A stretch of DNA of 64,000 nt, from contig JBFRWD010000110.1 in assembly GCA_051439425.1 (NCBI GenBank), positions 1 through 64,000 of the forward strand, written 5' to 3'. Position numbers and translations under genes: made by a program. The DNA is from Synechococcus sp. (GTDB lineage Bacteria; Cyanobacteriota; Cyanobacteriia; Thermostichales; PCC-7336). Within the stretch, counting starts at the first letter, position 1. Every line of letters begins with the position of its first letter. Below, piece by piece: positions 62,526 through 64,000 of this stretch. A model generated the notes under the pieces. That model did no database searches. It was not told the DNA's origin and saw only the letters and a list, made by a program, of their open reading frames with translations.

Positions 62526-64000
62526 ATGCCGCGCCGCAATGACCTGCAGAAGATTCTGTTGATTGGGGCTGGCCCGATTGTAATTGGTCAGGCATGTGAA
62601 TTCGATTATTCGGGAACTCAAGCCTGCAAGGCATTGCGAGAAGAAGGCTACGACGTGGTGTTGGTTAATTCCAATCCGGCCACCATCATGACCGATCCGG
62701 CTACAGCAGAGCGTACCTATATCGAACCGGTGACGCCCGAATTTGTAGAACGAATTATTGCCCGCGAACAGCCGGATGCGATTTTGCCCACCATGGGGGG
62801 ACAGACGGCGTTAAACGTGGCGGTATCCCTGGCGGAAAGCGGCGTGTTGGACAAGTACAACGTCGAGCTGATTGGGGCGAATTTCGAGGCGATTAAGAAA
62901 GCAGAAGATCGCGATCTGTTTAAGCAAGCCATGCAAAAGATCGGTTTGTCGGTGCCTCGGTCGGGACTGGCGACCACGATGGATGAGGCTCGGGCGATCG
63001 CCACAGACATCGGCTATCCCCTCATTATCCGACCCGCCTTCACCTTAGGAGGTACCGGCGGAGGCGTGGCCTACAACCAAGAAGAATTCGAAGCAATTTG
63101 CTCCTCCGGTCTCGATGCCAGCCCCGTATCCCAAATCTTGGTGGAAGAGTCCATCATCGGCTGGAAGGAATTCGAGCTAGAGGTGATGCGCGATCTGGCA
63201 GATAACGTTGTGATTATTTGCTCCATCGAAAATATCGACCCGATGGGTGTCCATACTGGCGACTCCGTCACCGTTGCCCCTGCTCAGACTCTGACGGACA
63301 AGGAATACCAACGGTTGCGGGACTACTCCATCGCCATCATGCGCGAAATTGGCGTGGAAACCGGTGGCTCGAACGTGCAATTTGCCGTCAATCCGGTCAA
63401 TGGTGAAGTGCGCATCATCGAGATGAACCCACGGGTGTCGCGTTCTTCGGCGCTAGCGTCCAAAGCCACAGGATTTCCGATCGCCAAATTCGCCGCCAAG
63501 CTTGCAGTCGGCTACACCCTGCCAGAGATCGACAACGACATCACGCAAAAAACTCCTGCCAGCTTCGAGCCCACCATTGACTACGTCGTCGTCAAAGCTC
63601 CTCGATTTGCATTTGAGAAATTTCCCGGTTCAAAACCCATTCTGACCACTCAAATGAAGTCGGTTGGTGAAGCAATGTCCATCGGACGGACCTTCCAAGA
63701 GTCGCTGCAAAAGGCATTGCGTTCCCTAGAAATTGGCCGATTTGGATTCGGAGCAGACAAGGTCGAAGAATTACCTCCACTGGATGAAATTCGTGCGTCG
63801 TTGCGAGTCCCCAACCCGAAACGGTTATTGATGGTGCGAACCGCTTTCCTGGCCGGTATGAGCGCTGCCGAGATATTCAAACTCACCCAGATCGACCCCT
63901 GGTTTCTGGACAAGATGCAGGAGCTGGTGGAGATGGAGTTGTGGCTATCCAGGCAGTCAGTTGCCGATCTGGAAGCCGATGATTGGCGGGAGGCGAAGCG
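62526..64000 (+). CDS. carB: carbamoyl-phosphate synthase large subunit (5' part, truncated by window)
   Basis: [37 protein letters not shown]..., [44 protein letters not shown]. Confidence 0.97.
   Translation, partial: MPRRNDLQKILLIGAGPIVIGQACEFDYSGTQACKALREEGYDVVLVNSNPATIMTDPATAERTYIEPVTPEFVERIIAREQPDAILPTMGGQTALNVAVSLAESGVLDKYNVELIGANFEAIKKAEDRDLFKQAMQKIGLSVPRSGLATTMDEARAIATDIGYPLIIRPAFTLGGTGGGVAYNQEEFEAICSSGLDASPVSQILVEESIIGWKEFELEVMRDLADNVVIICSIENIDPMGVHTGDSVTVAPAQTLTDKEYQRLRDYSIAIMREIGVETGGSNVQFAVNPVNGEVRIIEMNPRVSRSSALASKATGFPIAKFAAKLAVGYTLPEIDNDITQKTPASFEPTIDYVVVKAPRFAFEKFPGSKPILTTQMKSVGEAMSIGRTFQESLQKALRSLEIGRFGFGADKVEELPPLDEIRASLRVPNPKRLLMVRTAFLAGMSAAEIFKLTQIDPWFLDKMQELVEMELWLSRQSVADLEADDWREAK

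Noticed and set aside
1..64000. CRISPR arrays, transposases, integrases, rRNA/tRNA genes
   Set aside because: No regularly spaced repeats or recognisable motifs found by eye.

Overview
Core-genome window of a cyanobacterium (HIP1 octamer GCGATCGC throughout; cyanobacteria-specific genes such as Psb34/Ssl1498, CCB1, DUF4278, DUF4079, group-2 sigma factor; mreBCD suggests a rod-shaped cell). It carries the S10-spc ribosomal cluster from rplC to infA (which stops there, without rpmJ/alpha-operon genes), rpmI-rplT, and housekeeping genes (argD, hemC, ffh, proA, ftsH, rnz, cobD, nadA, mreBCD, udg, moaA, start of carB). No tRNA, rRNA, CRISPR or transposase was recognised. The most notable features are not in the ORF track: (1) a glutamine (glnA-motif) riboswitch with two NtcA-type boxes controlling an uncalled 55-aa DUF4278 microprotein at 46.3-46.75 kb; (2) rplT lacking an ATG (ATT plus two further G>T changes in 10 nt); (3) a ~300-nt structured leader before rplC; (4) two pseudogenes (GNAT; AT-rich membrane protein); (5) a small secreted protein with a repeated STSPE motif; (6) an uncalled 56-aa Psb34-family gene. 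All family calls are from motif recognition by eye, not database searches.
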